64,000 nt of DNA from an uncultured Clostridia bacterium (lineage in GTDB: Bacteria > Bacillota > Clostridia > TANB77 > CAG-465): positions 9,066 to 73,065 of the forward strand of contig CALXEQ010000006.1 of NCBI GenBank assembly GCA_944387375.1. The letters are read 5' to 3'. The position numbers and the translations under genes were made by a program. Under the pieces are notes generated by a model. That model saw only the letters and a program-made list of their open reading frames with translations. It was not told the origin of the DNA and ran no database searches. This document shows, in pieces, positions 27,633 to 37,988 of the stretch. Positions within the stretch are counted from its first letter, which is position 1. Each line of letters begins with the position of its first letter.

Positions 27633-30098
27633 ATGAATATAATGGACATTAATGATGAAAATTTTTTATCGGCACAAAAAATTGTACCTGTAAAAATAGA
27701 AGATGAAATGAAAAGATCATATATTGATTATGCAATGAGCGTTATAGTTTCTCGTGCTTTACCGGATGTAAGAGATGGTTTAAAACCTGTTCATAGAAGA
27801 ATATTATATGCTATGAATGATTTAGCTTTATGGCCAGATAAACCATATAGAAAATCTGCAAGTATAGTTGGAGAAACTATGGGTAATTACCATCCACATG
27901 GTGATGCTGCTATATATGATGCTTTGGTTCGTCTATCACAAGATTTTTCACTAAGATATCCTCTAGTTGATGGACACGGTAACTTTGGTTCAATAGATAA
28001 TGATCCACCAGCTGCAATGAGATATACAGAAGCTAAATTGCATAAAATAGCATTAGAAATGTTAGCAGATTTAGATAAAGACACAGTAGATTTTGTACCA
28101 AATTATGATGATAGACTAAAAGAGCCATCTGTATTGCCAGCAAAACTACCATATTTATTAATAAATGGTGCTTATGGTATTGCTGTTGGTATGGCATCTA
28201 ATATACCACCTCATAATTTAACAGAAGTTGTAAATGGAATTGTTGCTCAACTAGACAATCCTGATATAACAAATGAGGAATTAATGCAATATATAAAGGG
28301 ACCAGATTTTCCGACTGCTGGTGTAATAGTTGGAAAAGAAGGGATTAAAGAGGCATATACAACAGGAAGAGGAAAAGTATGTCTAAGAGCTAAAGCAGAA
28401 ATTGAAGAAGATAGTAGAGGAAGATACAAAATAATAGTTACAGAAATTCCTTACCAAGTAAATAAAGCTGCTTTAATTCAAAACATAGCAAAACTTGTAC
28501 AAGTTAAAACTATAGAAGGAATCTCAGATTTACGAGATGAATCAGATAGAGAAGGCGTACGAATAGTTATAGAATTAAAAAGAGATGCAAATCCAAATGT
28601 TGTATTAAATATGCTATACAAACATACACAACTTCAAAATACGCAAAGTATGTTAATGCTTGCTATTGTAAATGGTGTTCCTAAAGTATTAACTTTGAGA
28701 GAAATACTTGCAGAATATATAAAACATAGAGAGCAAGTTGTAGTAAGAAGAACAAAATTTGATTTAAATAAAGCTGAAGCAAGACTTCATATCTTAGAAG
28801 GATTAAGAATTGCTATTGATCATATAGATGAAATAATCAAAATTATTAGAAATTCATATGATAATGCCGCTCAAAATTTAATGGAAAGATTTGGACTTAG
28901 TGAGATTCAAGCTCAAGCTATTCTTGAAATGAAACTTAGAACATTACAAGGATTGCAAAGAGAAAAAATTGAGCAGGAGTATAATGAACTTGTAGCTTTA
29001 ATAAAACACTTAAAAGATATTTTGGCATCAGAGCAGTTGGTTAAAGATATAATAAAAGAAGAAGTTATAGAATTAAAAAACAAATATGGTGATGAACGAA
29101 GAACATCTATTACTCATGGTGTTGGAGATATAGATGTAGAATCTTTAATAAAAGAAGAGACAAATGTAGTTACTCTTACTCATTTTGGATATATAAAAAG
29201 AATAGCTGCAGATGTTTATAGAAGTCAAAGACGTGGTGGAAAAGGTTTAACTGCTATGAACACGCGTGAAGAAGATTTTGTTGAGCATCTATTTATCACA
29301 TCAACACATAATAGTTTAATGTTTTTTACAAATACTGGTAAAGTATTTAGATTAAAAACATATGAACTTCCAGAAGCAAGCAGAACTGCAAAAGGAACAG
29401 CAATTGTAAATTTATTACAACTTTCACAAGGTGAAAAAATTGCTGCCGTTATGCCTGTTGAAAAATTTGATAATGATTCATTATATGTTCTTATGGCTAC
29501 AAGTAATGGCTTAATAAAAAAGACAAAATTATCTGAATATGCAAATATAAGAAAAACTGGTATACAGGCTATTACTTTAAAGGAAAATGATGAGTTAATT
29601 GATGTAAGACTTACAGATGGTAATAATGAGATTATAATGGTTACAAGACATGGACTTTCAATTAGATTTAAAGAGGAAGAAGTAAGAGCTGTTGGTAGAA
29701 CATCTATGGGTGTAAAAGGAATAGAACTTGCCAAAGATGATAAAGTTGTTGGTATGGAACCAATAAAAGAAGATAATGGATATGTATTAACAATTACAGA
29801 AAATGGATTTGGTAAAAGAACAGAACTTGAAGAATATAGATGTCAAGGAAGAGCTGGAAAGGGTGTTCTTACATATAAAATCACAGCCAAAACAGGTAAC
29901 ATTGTTGGAGTAGAAATTGTAGATGATGACGATGATGTTATGATGATAACAGATAATGGAATTATTATAAGAATAAATGTAAATGATATAAGTATCTTAG
30001 GAAGAAATACACAAGGTGTAACACTTATGAGAACTTCTGATGGAGGAAAATTGATAAATATAGCTAAACTTCCAAATGAAGAGCAGGAAGAAAACTAA
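27633..30098 (+). CDS. gyrA: DNA gyrase subunit A
   Basis: [22 protein letters not shown] and GyrA-box QRRGGKG. Confidence 0.97.
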   Translation: MNIMDINDENFLSAQKIVPVKIEDEMKRSYIDYAMSVIVSRALPDVRDGLKPVHRRILYAMNDLALWPDKPYRKSASIVGETMGNYHPHGDAAIYDALVRLSQDFSLRYPLVDGHGNFGSIDNDPPAAMRYTEAKLHKIALEMLADLDKDTVDFVPNYDDRLKEPSVLPAKLPYLLINGAYGIAVGMASNIPPHNLTEVVNGIVAQLDNPDITNEELMQYIKGPDFPTAGVIVGKEGIKEAYTTGRGKVCLRAKAEIEEDSRGRYKIIVTEIPYQVNKAALIQNIAKLVQVKTIEGISDLRDESDREGVRIVIELKRDANPNVVLNMLYKHTQLQNTQSMLMLAIVNGVPKVLTLREILAEYIKHREQVVVRRTKFDLNKAEARLHILEGLRIAIDHIDEIIKIIRNSYDNAAQNLMERFGLSEIQAQAILEMKLRTLQGLQREKIEQEYNELVALIKHLKDILASEQLVKDIIKEEVIELKNKYGDERRTSITHGVGDIDVESLIKEETNVVTLTHFGYIKRIAADVYRSQRRGGKGLTAMNTREEDFVEHLFITSTHNSLMFFTNTGKVFRLKTYELPEASRTAKGTAIVNLLQLSQGEKIAAVMPVEKFDNDSLYVLMATSNGLIKKTKLSEYANIRKTGIQAITLKENDELIDVRLTDGNNEIIMVTRHGLSIRFKEEEVRAVGRTSMGVKGIELAKDDKVVGMEPIKEDNGYVLTITENGFGKRTELEEYRCQGRAGKGVLTYKITAKTGNIVGVEIVDDDDDVMMITDNGIIIRINVNDISILGRNTQGVTLMRTSDGGKLINIAKLPNEEQEEN

Positions 30099-30288
30099 TA
30101 TAGATAATTAGTAAAAGAGCAATATTTTTACATATTGCTCTTTATATTTGCAAAAAATAGATATTATGGTATAATATATGAGTAATGTAAATTATTAATT
30201 TATTGGCTAAATAGTTATGAAAATTTACATAAATGTATAAAAATACAGTAATTTATGTTATAATATATTTATTAAAGGAGGAATCTGT

Positions 30289-31473
30289 ATGTTTGAGTTT
30301 AGTCCAAAAAACATGAAAAAGATTCTACTTATAGTAACTTATGCAATTGTTTTATGCTTGGCACTATTAAATTTAGATGTTGTTTTTAAAGTGTTTGGAT
30401 ATCTTTTTAATTTGTTAAAACCATTTATATTTGGTTTTTGTTTAGCATTTATTTTAAATATACCTTTAAGCAAATTTGAAAGTATAGTTAATAAAATGAA
30501 AAGCAAAAAAGGTAAAAAATCTAAAGATATTAGAAAAAATCATCCTGAAAAGAAAAATACTAAGTTAAGGCTTTTAGGAATATTAATTTCATTATTGATT
30601 TTTATAGGGATAATTTGTTTAACTATGTTTTTAGTTATTCCAGAAATTATTAATACATTTAATATTTTTAAAGAAAATATTCCTACAGCTTTTGCTAAAT
30701 GTCAAGAATGGTTTGCAGATATGATGTCAAACTATCCAGATATTTTTGAAAAAATAAAATCTTATACTCCAGATTGGCAGGCAATAGATGCTGACGTGAC
30801 TAATATAATTAAAAATGCTGCCACAGGTATAATTGGTGGTTCAATTAGATTTATTATAGGAATATTTAGTGGTGTATTTAATTTCTTTATGGGACTTGTA
30901 TTTGCTATTTATATGTTAATGCAAAAAGAAACATTAGTAAGACAATTAAAAAAATTAGTTAATGCATGTATGCCTGAAAATAAGGCTAATAAACTACTTT
31001 ATATAGGTAAAATAACAAATAATACTTTTAAGAAATTTTTTGGTGGACAATTTATTGAAGCAATACTACTTGGAGTTTTATGTTTTATAGGAATGCAAAT
31101 ATTTGGTATGCCATATGCATTAACAATATCAGTATTAATTGGTGTAACTGCACTTATTCCAGTATTTGGTGCTTTTTTTGGAACAGCTATTGGTGCAATA
31201 TTAATACTTGCAGTAAATCCAATGCAAGCATTATGGTTTGTTTTATTTATTATAATATTACAACAAATAGATGGAAATTTAATATATCCAAAAATAGTTG
31301 GAGATTCTGTAGGTTTACCTGGAATTTGGGTAATGCTTGCAGTGCTACTTGGAGGAAACAGTCTAGGAATTTTGGGAATGCTTGTTGCAGTACCAATTGC
31401 ATCAGTAATATATAAGTTAATACAAGAAAAAGTTAATAAAAATAAATCGATGGAACAAGTAAAGGTGGAATAA
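30289..31473 (+). CDS. AI-2E family transporter
   Basis: LIPVFGA, QQIDGNLIYPKIVG, GILGMLVAVP. Confidence 0.9.
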   Translation: MFEFSPKNMKKILLIVTYAIVLCLALLNLDVVFKVFGYLFNLLKPFIFGFCLAFILNIPLSKFESIVNKMKSKKGKKSKDIRKNHPEKKNTKLRLLGILISLLIFIGIICLTMFLVIPEIINTFNIFKENIPTAFAKCQEWFADMMSNYPDIFEKIKSYTPDWQAIDADVTNIIKNAATGIIGGSIRFIIGIFSGVFNFFMGLVFAIYMLMQKETLVRQLKKLVNACMPENKANKLLYIGKITNNTFKKFFGGQFIEAILLGVLCFIGMQIFGMPYALTISVLIGVTALIPVFGAFFGTAIGAILILAVNPMQALWFVLFIIILQQIDGNLIYPKIVGDSVGLPGIWVMLAVLLGGNSLGILGMLVAVPIASVIYKLIQEKVNKNKSMEQVKVE

Positions 31474-31514
31474 TCCACCTTTATTTTTTAATTAAAGTAT
31501 GATATAATATAATT

Positions 31515-31844
31515 ACTTTAGTATCTCAGATGATCGCTTGTTTATACAAGAGGAAAGTCCGGACACTATAGAGCAGGGTGCTAGATAACGTCTAGTGGGA
31601 GTGATCCTAAGGAAAGTGCAACAGAAAATAACCGCTATATAATAGCAAGGGTGAAAACGCGAGGTAAGAGCTCACGAACAGCTATGGAGACATAGATGTG
31701 GTGTAAACCCCACCTAGTGCAACACCAGAATAAAAGGCTAAGATTGCTCGTCATCTTTTGAGTTGGTGGCTTGAAGTATATAGTGATATATACTCTAGAT
31801 AAATGATCATCAAATACAGAATCCGGCTTATGAGATGCTAAAGT
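31515..31844 (+). ncRNA. rnpB: RNase P RNA, bacterial type A
   Basis: GAGGAAAGTCC, GGAAAGTGCAACAGA, GGGTGAAA, ACAGAATCCGGCTTA; P1 helix ACTTTAGTATCTCA/TGAGATGCTAAAGT; TATAAT at 31503 and a downstream terminator. Confidence 0.97.
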
Positions 31845-31883
31845 TAAAAGAGGTCCTAATTTTAGGACTTTTTTTATTTTTTG

Positions 31884-31912
31884 TTGACATATAAAAATAA
31901 AAGTGATATTAT
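31884..31912 (+). promoter_or_regulatory. Sigma-A promoter of the ClpX-like gene
   Basis: TTGACA-N17-TATTAT with TG extension. Confidence 0.65.
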
Positions 31913-31963
31913 AAGCCTACGTAAAATAAAAAATACCTAAATTTTAGTAAAGGAGGGGTTTTT

Positions 31964-33310
31964 ATGAGTAATAAATCCAAAGTTATAAGATGTACTCTTT
32001 GCAAAAATGTAATTTCTCCAGTTGAAAAAATACATGATATAGTTTATGGAGATGAAAAAAGAGGATTTCTTTGCGATAACTGCTATAAAGATTTACAGCA
32101 ATATTTTATTGAAAAATTTGAAAACATGATGGATGCATTATATCAAGCAGGCTTTTATTCTGAAGACTACGATGAAAAATATGATAGTTTTCAAGAAGAT
32201 ATTAATGAGCAAAAATTATTTAATAATAATTTCTCTAATAAAGCTACACATTCTATTACATCAAAAAATAATAAAAAGAAAAGTGACAAAATTAATCCAA
32301 AACAAATATTTAACAACGTGACAAAGGCAATTGTTGGTCAAGATGAAGCTATAAAAGAAATTATTACAACAATAATAAGAAATAATACTACTTCTAATCC
32401 ACAATTTAAAAGTAATATATTTTTAATTGGAGAAAGTGGAAATGGTAAAACGGAAAGTATAAAGCAAATAGCTAATCAATTGGATATCCCTTTTGTGATA
32501 GAAGATGCTTCAAAATATACACAGGAAGGATATGTTGGAGTAAGTGTTGAACAAGCTGTAGTTAATTTAATAAATGCTTCAGGTGCAGATTTAGTAAAAG
32601 CATCTAGAGGAATTATTGTTTTTGATGAAATGGATAAAAAGACTGATAGTGGAAATAGAGAAAGTGGGGTTGCAACAACAAGTGTTCAAGAAAGCTTATT
32701 AAAACTTGTTGAAGGATCTACGGTTATGACTACTGTTGGGCTTTTTGATACAAGTCTTGTTACTTTTATATTTATTGGAGCTTGTGAAAATGTATATTTA
32801 GCAAGAGAAAAAAGACTTGGAAAAAAAGAAATAGGTTTTAAAACTAGTTATGAAAATAAAAATCATAATGAGGTATTGCTTAATAAGAGTAAAAATCCAC
32901 ATTTTTTACCAGATGATTTAATAAAAGCAGGATTTAAAACCGAGCTTGTTGGAAGAATAGATAAAATTATAGAATTTAGAAGTATGACTGAAGAGATTGC
33001 AGTAAGAATATTATTAGAGTCTACAAATTCTATTTTTAAATTTTATATTAAGGAATTAGCTAATTTGGGAGTAAACGTAAAGATAGAAAATGAAATAAAA
33101 GTTATAAATCATATTGCAAAACGAGCAGTAAAACTAAAAATGGGTGCAAGAGGGCTGCGTCAAATTGTAGTAGATATGTTTTCTAATATATACTCAGAAA
33201 TTTTGCTAAAAGATATAAAATTAAATGAAAAATATGATTGTATTATAACAGAAGATACGGTATATAATAATAAAAAATTCAAATTATGTAAAAAAGAAGT
33301 TAAAATTTAG
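31964..33310 (+). CDS. Divergent ClpX-like AAA+ ATPase
   Basis: N-terminal CxxC..CxxC, VGQDEA, GESGNGKT, pore loop GYVG, DEMDK, VQESLLK, IGF loop, GARGL. Confidence 0.85.
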   Translation: MSNKSKVIRCTLCKNVISPVEKIHDIVYGDEKRGFLCDNCYKDLQQYFIEKFENMMDALYQAGFYSEDYDEKYDSFQEDINEQKLFNNNFSNKATHSITSKNNKKKSDKINPKQIFNNVTKAIVGQDEAIKEIITTIIRNNTTSNPQFKSNIFLIGESGNGKTESIKQIANQLDIPFVIEDASKYTQEGYVGVSVEQAVVNLINASGADLVKASRGIIVFDEMDKKTDSGNRESGVATTSVQESLLKLVEGSTVMTTVGLFDTSLVTFIFIGACENVYLAREKRLGKKEIGFKTSYENKNHNEVLLNKSKNPHFLPDDLIKAGFKTELVGRIDKIIEFRSMTEEIAVRILLESTNSIFKFYIKELANLGVNVKIENEIKVINHIAKRAVKLKMGARGLRQIVVDMFSNIYSEILLKDIKLNEKYDCIITEDTVYNNKKFKLCKKEVKI

Positions 33311-33410
33311 TTGTAAACAAAATATAAATAAATGTCAATATTATTGACATTTATTTTTTTTTATAATAAAATTAGAATAGTATTATTTTAACAAGATGGG
33401 AGGTCTTTTT

Positions 33411-34106
33411 ATGGAATTTAAAGCTTTAGAAGGAAAAAATGTAGAAATACAAGTAGGAGAAAACAAATATATTAGACATGCAATTCAAACACACTATGTA
33501 CAATTGGGAGAAAGCTATGTAGATTTAATAAAAAAATATGTTGTTCCTATTTATGAGGAAGGAGATATAGTATCTATAAGTGAGAAGATAATAAGTCTTT
33601 GCCAAAGAAGAATTGTATATAAAAAAGATGTAAAAGTAACAGGACTTGCAAAATTTCTATCTAAATTTGCAATGAGAAGTGATGCAGGTGTTGGTGTTGA
33701 TAATCCATATAAAATGCAATTTGCAATCAATTTATGTGGACGATTAAAAGTAATTTGGGCAGCTATTGCAGGTGGAGTATGTAAATTATTTGGAAAAAGA
33801 GGCGTATTTTACGAGATAGTAGGCCAAGAAGTTAGTGGACTTGATGGATTTTATGGAAATGTATTTTCAGATTATGCTGAATTTGGTATCAGAATACCTG
33901 AAAATTCAACAGGAGTATGTAATGAAATATATGAGGCAACTGGTGTTAAATGTATGATTGTAGATGCAAATGACTTTAATGTTGAAATTTTAGGTAAAGC
34001 AGACAGTATAGAGTATGATGATGCTGAGCTTAAAGGAATGGTTAAAGATAATCCTGCAGGTCAAGCTAAGACACTTACACCAATGGTATTAGTTAGAAAA
34101 GTTTAA
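33411..34106 (+). CDS. CofE/F420-0:gamma-glutamyl ligase-like protein
   Basis: GDIVSISEKIIS, IVDAND, DNPAGQ...TP motifs. Confidence 0.7.
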   Translation: MEFKALEGKNVEIQVGENKYIRHAIQTHYVQLGESYVDLIKKYVVPIYEEGDIVSISEKIISLCQRRIVYKKDVKVTGLAKFLSKFAMRSDAGVGVDNPYKMQFAINLCGRLKVIWAAIAGGVCKLFGKRGVFYEIVGQEVSGLDGFYGNVFSDYAEFGIRIPENSTGVCNEIYEATGVKCMIVDANDFNVEILGKADSIEYDDAELKGMVKDNPAGQAKTLTPMVLVRKV

Positions 34107-34128
34107 TATATAAAAGAGAGGTTGGAAT

Positions 34129-34656
34129 ATGGAAAGTTTATTACAAATGAATAAATTTGAAGTAATTGATATGCCAGGAATGAACACTTTAGCATTTTTA
34201 ATTGAAAAGGATTACGATGCTTATGCACAAGGATATTCTTTATTATCTTTGGAAAAAATTAGAAGTGTTGAGGTAGAAGAAGAAGGAAAAATAAAAAAGA
34301 TATTTAATGTGTTAGTAGAAGAAGAAAATGAAATTAACGATATAATTTTATTAACACTTACAGATAGGAAGGCTTTTTTAAGTACTGGTGTTTTGGATAG
34401 TCAAGGCTTTAGAACAGAAGAGACTAACATTCCATTAAGTTATGGTTCGATATATAACATAGAAGGTGTAGAATATAAAGAGGTAAATTATACACCAGAT
34501 ATGAAAAGAAATTTTTCAATTATTGATTCACAAACAGGTGAAGAAGTAAAACCTTCTTTATATAAAGATGAGACAACAGGTCAAATAAAAGGTAGATGTA
34601 AAATCATGCCTAATAGACCATATATTGTTTTAGAAGTTAGATTTGAAGAAGATTAA
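34129..34656 (+). CDS. Hypothetical acidic cytoplasmic protein
   Basis: 175-aa ORF with GAGG RBS, between the cofE-like gene and virD4. Confidence 0.75.
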   Translation: MESLLQMNKFEVIDMPGMNTLAFLIEKDYDAYAQGYSLLSLEKIRSVEVEEEGKIKKIFNVLVEEENEINDIILLTLTDRKAFLSTGVLDSQGFRTEETNIPLSYGSIYNIEGVEYKEVNYTPDMKRNFSIIDSQTGEEVKPSLYKDETTGQIKGRCKIMPNRPYIVLEVRFEED

Positions 34657-34676
34657 TTTATGAAGGGAGTATAAAA

Positions 34677-34892
34677 ATGAGTGAAGAAAAAGAAAGCAAA
34701 TATGTAGAGTCAAAAATGACAATACGTGGAGTTGCAGGAACAGTAAATGGTAAAAGTTTTGATGAAATAAATAAGGTAGAAGTAAGAGGAAAGTTTCACG
34801 CACCTAAAGGAACATTAGAAAAAGCAAAAGCTGCTGCAAAATTAAAATACAATAAAAATATAGATGAAGAAGAAAAAAATATATGTAGATAA
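34677..34892 (+). CDS. Small hypothetical protein
   Basis: 71-aa ORF with AAGGGAG RBS, immediately upstream of virD4. Confidence 0.7.
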   Translation: MSEEKESKYVESKMTIRGVAGTVNGKSFDEINKVEVRGKFHAPKGTLEKAKAAAKLKYNKNIDEEEKNICR

Positions 34893-34931
34893 AGAAATGG
34901 AATTATAGAGTAATATAGAGGGGTATATGGA

Positions 34932-37040
34932 ATGAGAGGATTTTTTGAGGATTTAAAAAGCAAAGCAGCAATACTTGTTATTATTGCTTTAGTAGCTTCT
35001 GTAGTTTTGGGAGGTTCTTTAACTAAGTCAATAGTAGACGCAAATGCTTCGGGAGCAGAATCTATAATTTATGAAGTGTTTAAAACATGGATGGGAAATA
35101 TTACAGATTTTTCTTTTTTGGCTGGTATGTTTAGTGATTTTGGATTGTTTTTACAAATTACATTTTGGATTTTTGTTATAGTGTTTGGAATATATGTAGT
35201 TGTAAAAATTCAAAATGCTGGAAAGAGTGAATATGAAGGCAGAGAAAATGGTTCAAGTCATTGGAGTACTGGAGGAGAAGAATATAGAAAAAGATCTGAT
35301 GGAAAAGAGATCTTAAATAGAAAAGAAGGTTTTATATTAAGTAGAAATCATTATTTAGGAACAGATTTAAAGAAAGTTATTATAAATAAGAATGTATTAG
35401 TTGTTGGTGGATCTGGTTCTGGTAAAACTGCTTGTTATATAAAGCCTAATATATTACAGTGTTTAGGTTCATATGTTATAACAGACCCAAAAGGAGAGTT
35501 ATATAAAGAAACATCTAAATTTTTACAAAGTGAAGGATATGACATAAAAGTATTTAATTTGGTAAATCCAAAATTTAGTGATTTTTACAATCCATTATTT
35601 AATATTTGTTCAGAGCAAGATGTTGATACTTTAGCTCATATTTTGGTAACTGGTGTAAAAAAAGAAGGTGGCGGAGATGATCCGTTCTGGGAAGACACTG
35701 CTAAAATGTTAATAAAAGCAGCAATTTATTATTCACTTTCTGTACTTCCAATGGAAGAACAAAATATAGGAAGTTGTATAAACCTTATTCGTCAAGGTGG
35801 AGCTGACGCATCTATTTTTGATAAATTATTTATAGATGAACTTAAACCAGAACATCCAGGAAGAAAAGAATATGAAAGCTTTAGAACTTCTGCAGATAAA
35901 ACAAAACAGAGTATAGTAATATCTGCTATTTCTAAAATGACTATTTTTGACTCAGGTCCTATTCAAAGAATTACATCATCAAATAATATAGATTTTAGAC
36001 AAATTGCAATGAAAAAGACAGCAATATATGTAATTACATCTGCTGCAGAAAGTACATATGATTTTGTATCAACTATGTTCTTTAGTCAGATGTTTTCTAT
36101 ATTGTATAAACAAGCAGATGATTATGGTTCAAGACTTCCAAATCAAGTGTATTTCTTACTTGATGAATTTGCAAATATTGGTCAAATACCAGATTTCCAA
36201 AAGAAATTAAGTACTACAAGAAGTTTGGGAATAAGTGTATCAATTATTGTTCAGTCACTAGATCAATTAGAAGGATTATATAAAGAGTCATATGAAAATA
36301 TTTTAGGTAACTGTGATACTCAAATTTTACTTGGTACAAATTCACAAAAAACAGCTGAATATTTTTCAAAGAGTTTAGGACAGACAACAATAAAGATACA
36401 ATCAAAATCTATAAATAAAGATAAGACAGAAAGTCAAAAGCAAGGTGTTTCTATTAGTACTCAAAAACAAGCAAGAGATTTAATGACTGTAGATGAAATT
36501 AGAAGAATGGATAATAACAAAGAGATACTTATGGTAAGAGGATTAAAGCCTATCCTTGCAGAAAAAGCTTGGTATTTTAAATATCATCCAAAACGTAAAA
36601 TTGCTGACGGATTTACTATTGCAGATATTACTGAAATGCCTATACCAGAAGAAATACCATATAGATTTTTTGATGTTCAACAGCATTTAATAGAAAGAAA
36701 AAGAAAAGCACAAGAAATATTAAAAGCAAGATCAAAAGAAGTAGATATTGACACATCATCTTTTAACGGTTCTAGTGCTAATGACAACACGACATCACCT
36801 AAAAAGAAATATGCTAATAGTAATGAGTTAGATATAGATACAAACGAGGATAAACCTGTTGCAGAGGGACTTGGAAAGCCATCTTATAATGATTTATATG
36901 AAAACAGTGATATTGATCCAATATCTCATGTAGATGAGAAAAAAGGTAAAAAAGAAGATGATGATTTTGATTTACAATCAGAATTAGAATCTAAATTTGA
37001 TAAACTTTTTGGAAAAGCTAATAAAAATAGTAATGTTTAA
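34932..37040 (+). CDS. virD4: VirD4/TraG-type type IV coupling protein
   Basis: N-terminal TMs, GSSHW, Walker A GGSGSGKT, DPKGEL, Walker B LLDEFAN, QSLDQL, acidic C-terminal tail. Confidence 0.92.
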   Translation: MRGFFEDLKSKAAILVIIALVASVVLGGSLTKSIVDANASGAESIIYEVFKTWMGNITDFSFLAGMFSDFGLFLQITFWIFVIVFGIYVVVKIQNAGKSEYEGRENGSSHWSTGGEEYRKRSDGKEILNRKEGFILSRNHYLGTDLKKVIINKNVLVVGGSGSGKTACYIKPNILQCLGSYVITDPKGELYKETSKFLQSEGYDIKVFNLVNPKFSDFYNPLFNICSEQDVDTLAHILVTGVKKEGGGDDPFWEDTAKMLIKAAIYYSLSVLPMEEQNIGSCINLIRQGGADASIFDKLFIDELKPEHPGRKEYESFRTSADKTKQSIVISAISKMTIFDSGPIQRITSSNNIDFRQIAMKKTAIYVITSAAESTYDFVSTMFFSQMFSILYKQADDYGSRLPNQVYFLLDEFANIGQIPDFQKKLSTTRSLGISVSIIVQSLDQLEGLYKESYENILGNCDTQILLGTNSQKTAEYFSKSLGQTTIKIQSKSINKDKTESQKQGVSISTQKQARDLMTVDEIRRMDNNKEILMVRGLKPILAEKAWYFKYHPKRKIADGFTIADITEMPIPEEIPYRFFDVQQHLIERKRKAQEILKARSKEVDIDTSSFNGSSANDNTTSPKKKYANSNELDIDTNEDKPVAEGLGKPSYNDLYENSDIDPISHVDEKKGKKEDDDFDLQSELESKFDKLFGKANKNSNV

Positions 37041-37046
37041 AAAAAT

Positions 37047-37092
37047 GACTTATAAGTATATGTAGTATATACATAACTTATAAGTCTTTTTA
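37047..37092 (+). terminator. Intrinsic terminator after virD4
   Basis: GACTTATAAGT...ACTTATAAGTCTTTTT. Confidence 0.7.
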
Positions 37093-37156
37093 TTTTTATT
37101 TATTGTAATTTATGTATTTATATAGTATAATTTATTTGTAAATTGGAGGATAATAT

Positions 37157-37846
37157 ATGGATAAAGTAAAAGGAATAGCTATAATTATTGTTGCTATTGT
37201 TTCTGTAATAGTGACTGTATTAGTAGCTAATATTTTGCTAGATACAACGGGAAAAGTAAATCAAGGAAATTTTAGAATAAGTGATTTAGTAGTCAGATCA
37301 AGTGCTGATGTAAAGGAAGTTCAAGATGAGAATATAGAATTAAAAAAACTTTCTGATATGATTTTTGATATAACTCAAACAAACCAAATATCTATTTTAA
37401 TAGATCCAAATGTTAAAGCAAGTAGTATAAGAATTGAAAATTTAAATATTTCTGATCCAGCATTAAAAGGAAATATGCAAATATATCAGACTAAAGATAA
37501 AAAATATGATGTAACACCTGAGTTAAAAAGTATAGATTTAGATTTACAGCAAGAAGAAGAAAAATATGTAGTAAATTTATATATAAATAATAATAATGTT
37601 TTAACTAATCAAAAAGTAGATGAAACTGTAGAAACTATACAATATGATGCAACTATGTTTAAGACGTTAGGATATGATATTTCTTCTTTAAAGTTTAATG
37701 TTTCTTTTGACTTATTAATTACAGATGAATCAGGAAATACTGTAAAAACATCTATATCATTAAATATGCCTACAGATGAAACTGTAGAAGCTGGTATGTC
37801 AATATTAAAACAAGATACATCGAATTATATTTTTACTATTATTTAA
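37157..37846 (+). CDS. Hypothetical single-TM membrane protein with a beta-rich extracellular domain
   Basis: GGAGG RBS, N-terminal hydrophobic helix. Confidence 0.75.
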   Translation: MDKVKGIAIIIVAIVSVIVTVLVANILLDTTGKVNQGNFRISDLVVRSSADVKEVQDENIELKKLSDMIFDITQTNQISILIDPNVKASSIRIENLNISDPALKGNMQIYQTKDKKYDVTPELKSIDLDLQQEEEKYVVNLYINNNNVLTNQKVDETVETIQYDATMFKTLGYDISSLKFNVSFDLLITDESGNTVKTSISLNMPTDETVEAGMSILKQDTSNYIFTII

Positions 37847-37855
37847 GAATAGCTA

Positions 37856-37884
37856 TTGAATTTAAATAGAATATATTGTATAAT
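37856..37884 (+). promoter_or_regulatory. Sigma-A promoter of ffs/dnaX
   Basis: TTGAAT-N17-TATAAT. Confidence 0.65.
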
Positions 37885-37892
37885 AATCCTAT

Positions 37893-37969
37893 ACCAAGCG
37901 ATAGAGTACTGTGAACCTTGTCAGATCCGGAAGGAAGCAGCAATAAGCAATATACTCTATGTGCTTGGT
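37893..37969 (+). ncRNA. ffs: Signal recognition particle RNA (small, 4.5S-type)
   Basis: Helix 8 core TCAGATCCGGAAGGAAGCAGC; closing helix ACCAAGC..ATAGAGTA/TACTCTAT..GCTTGGT; conserved position upstream of dnaX. Confidence 0.92.
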
Positions 37970-37988
37970 TTTTTGTGAGGTGAAAGAG

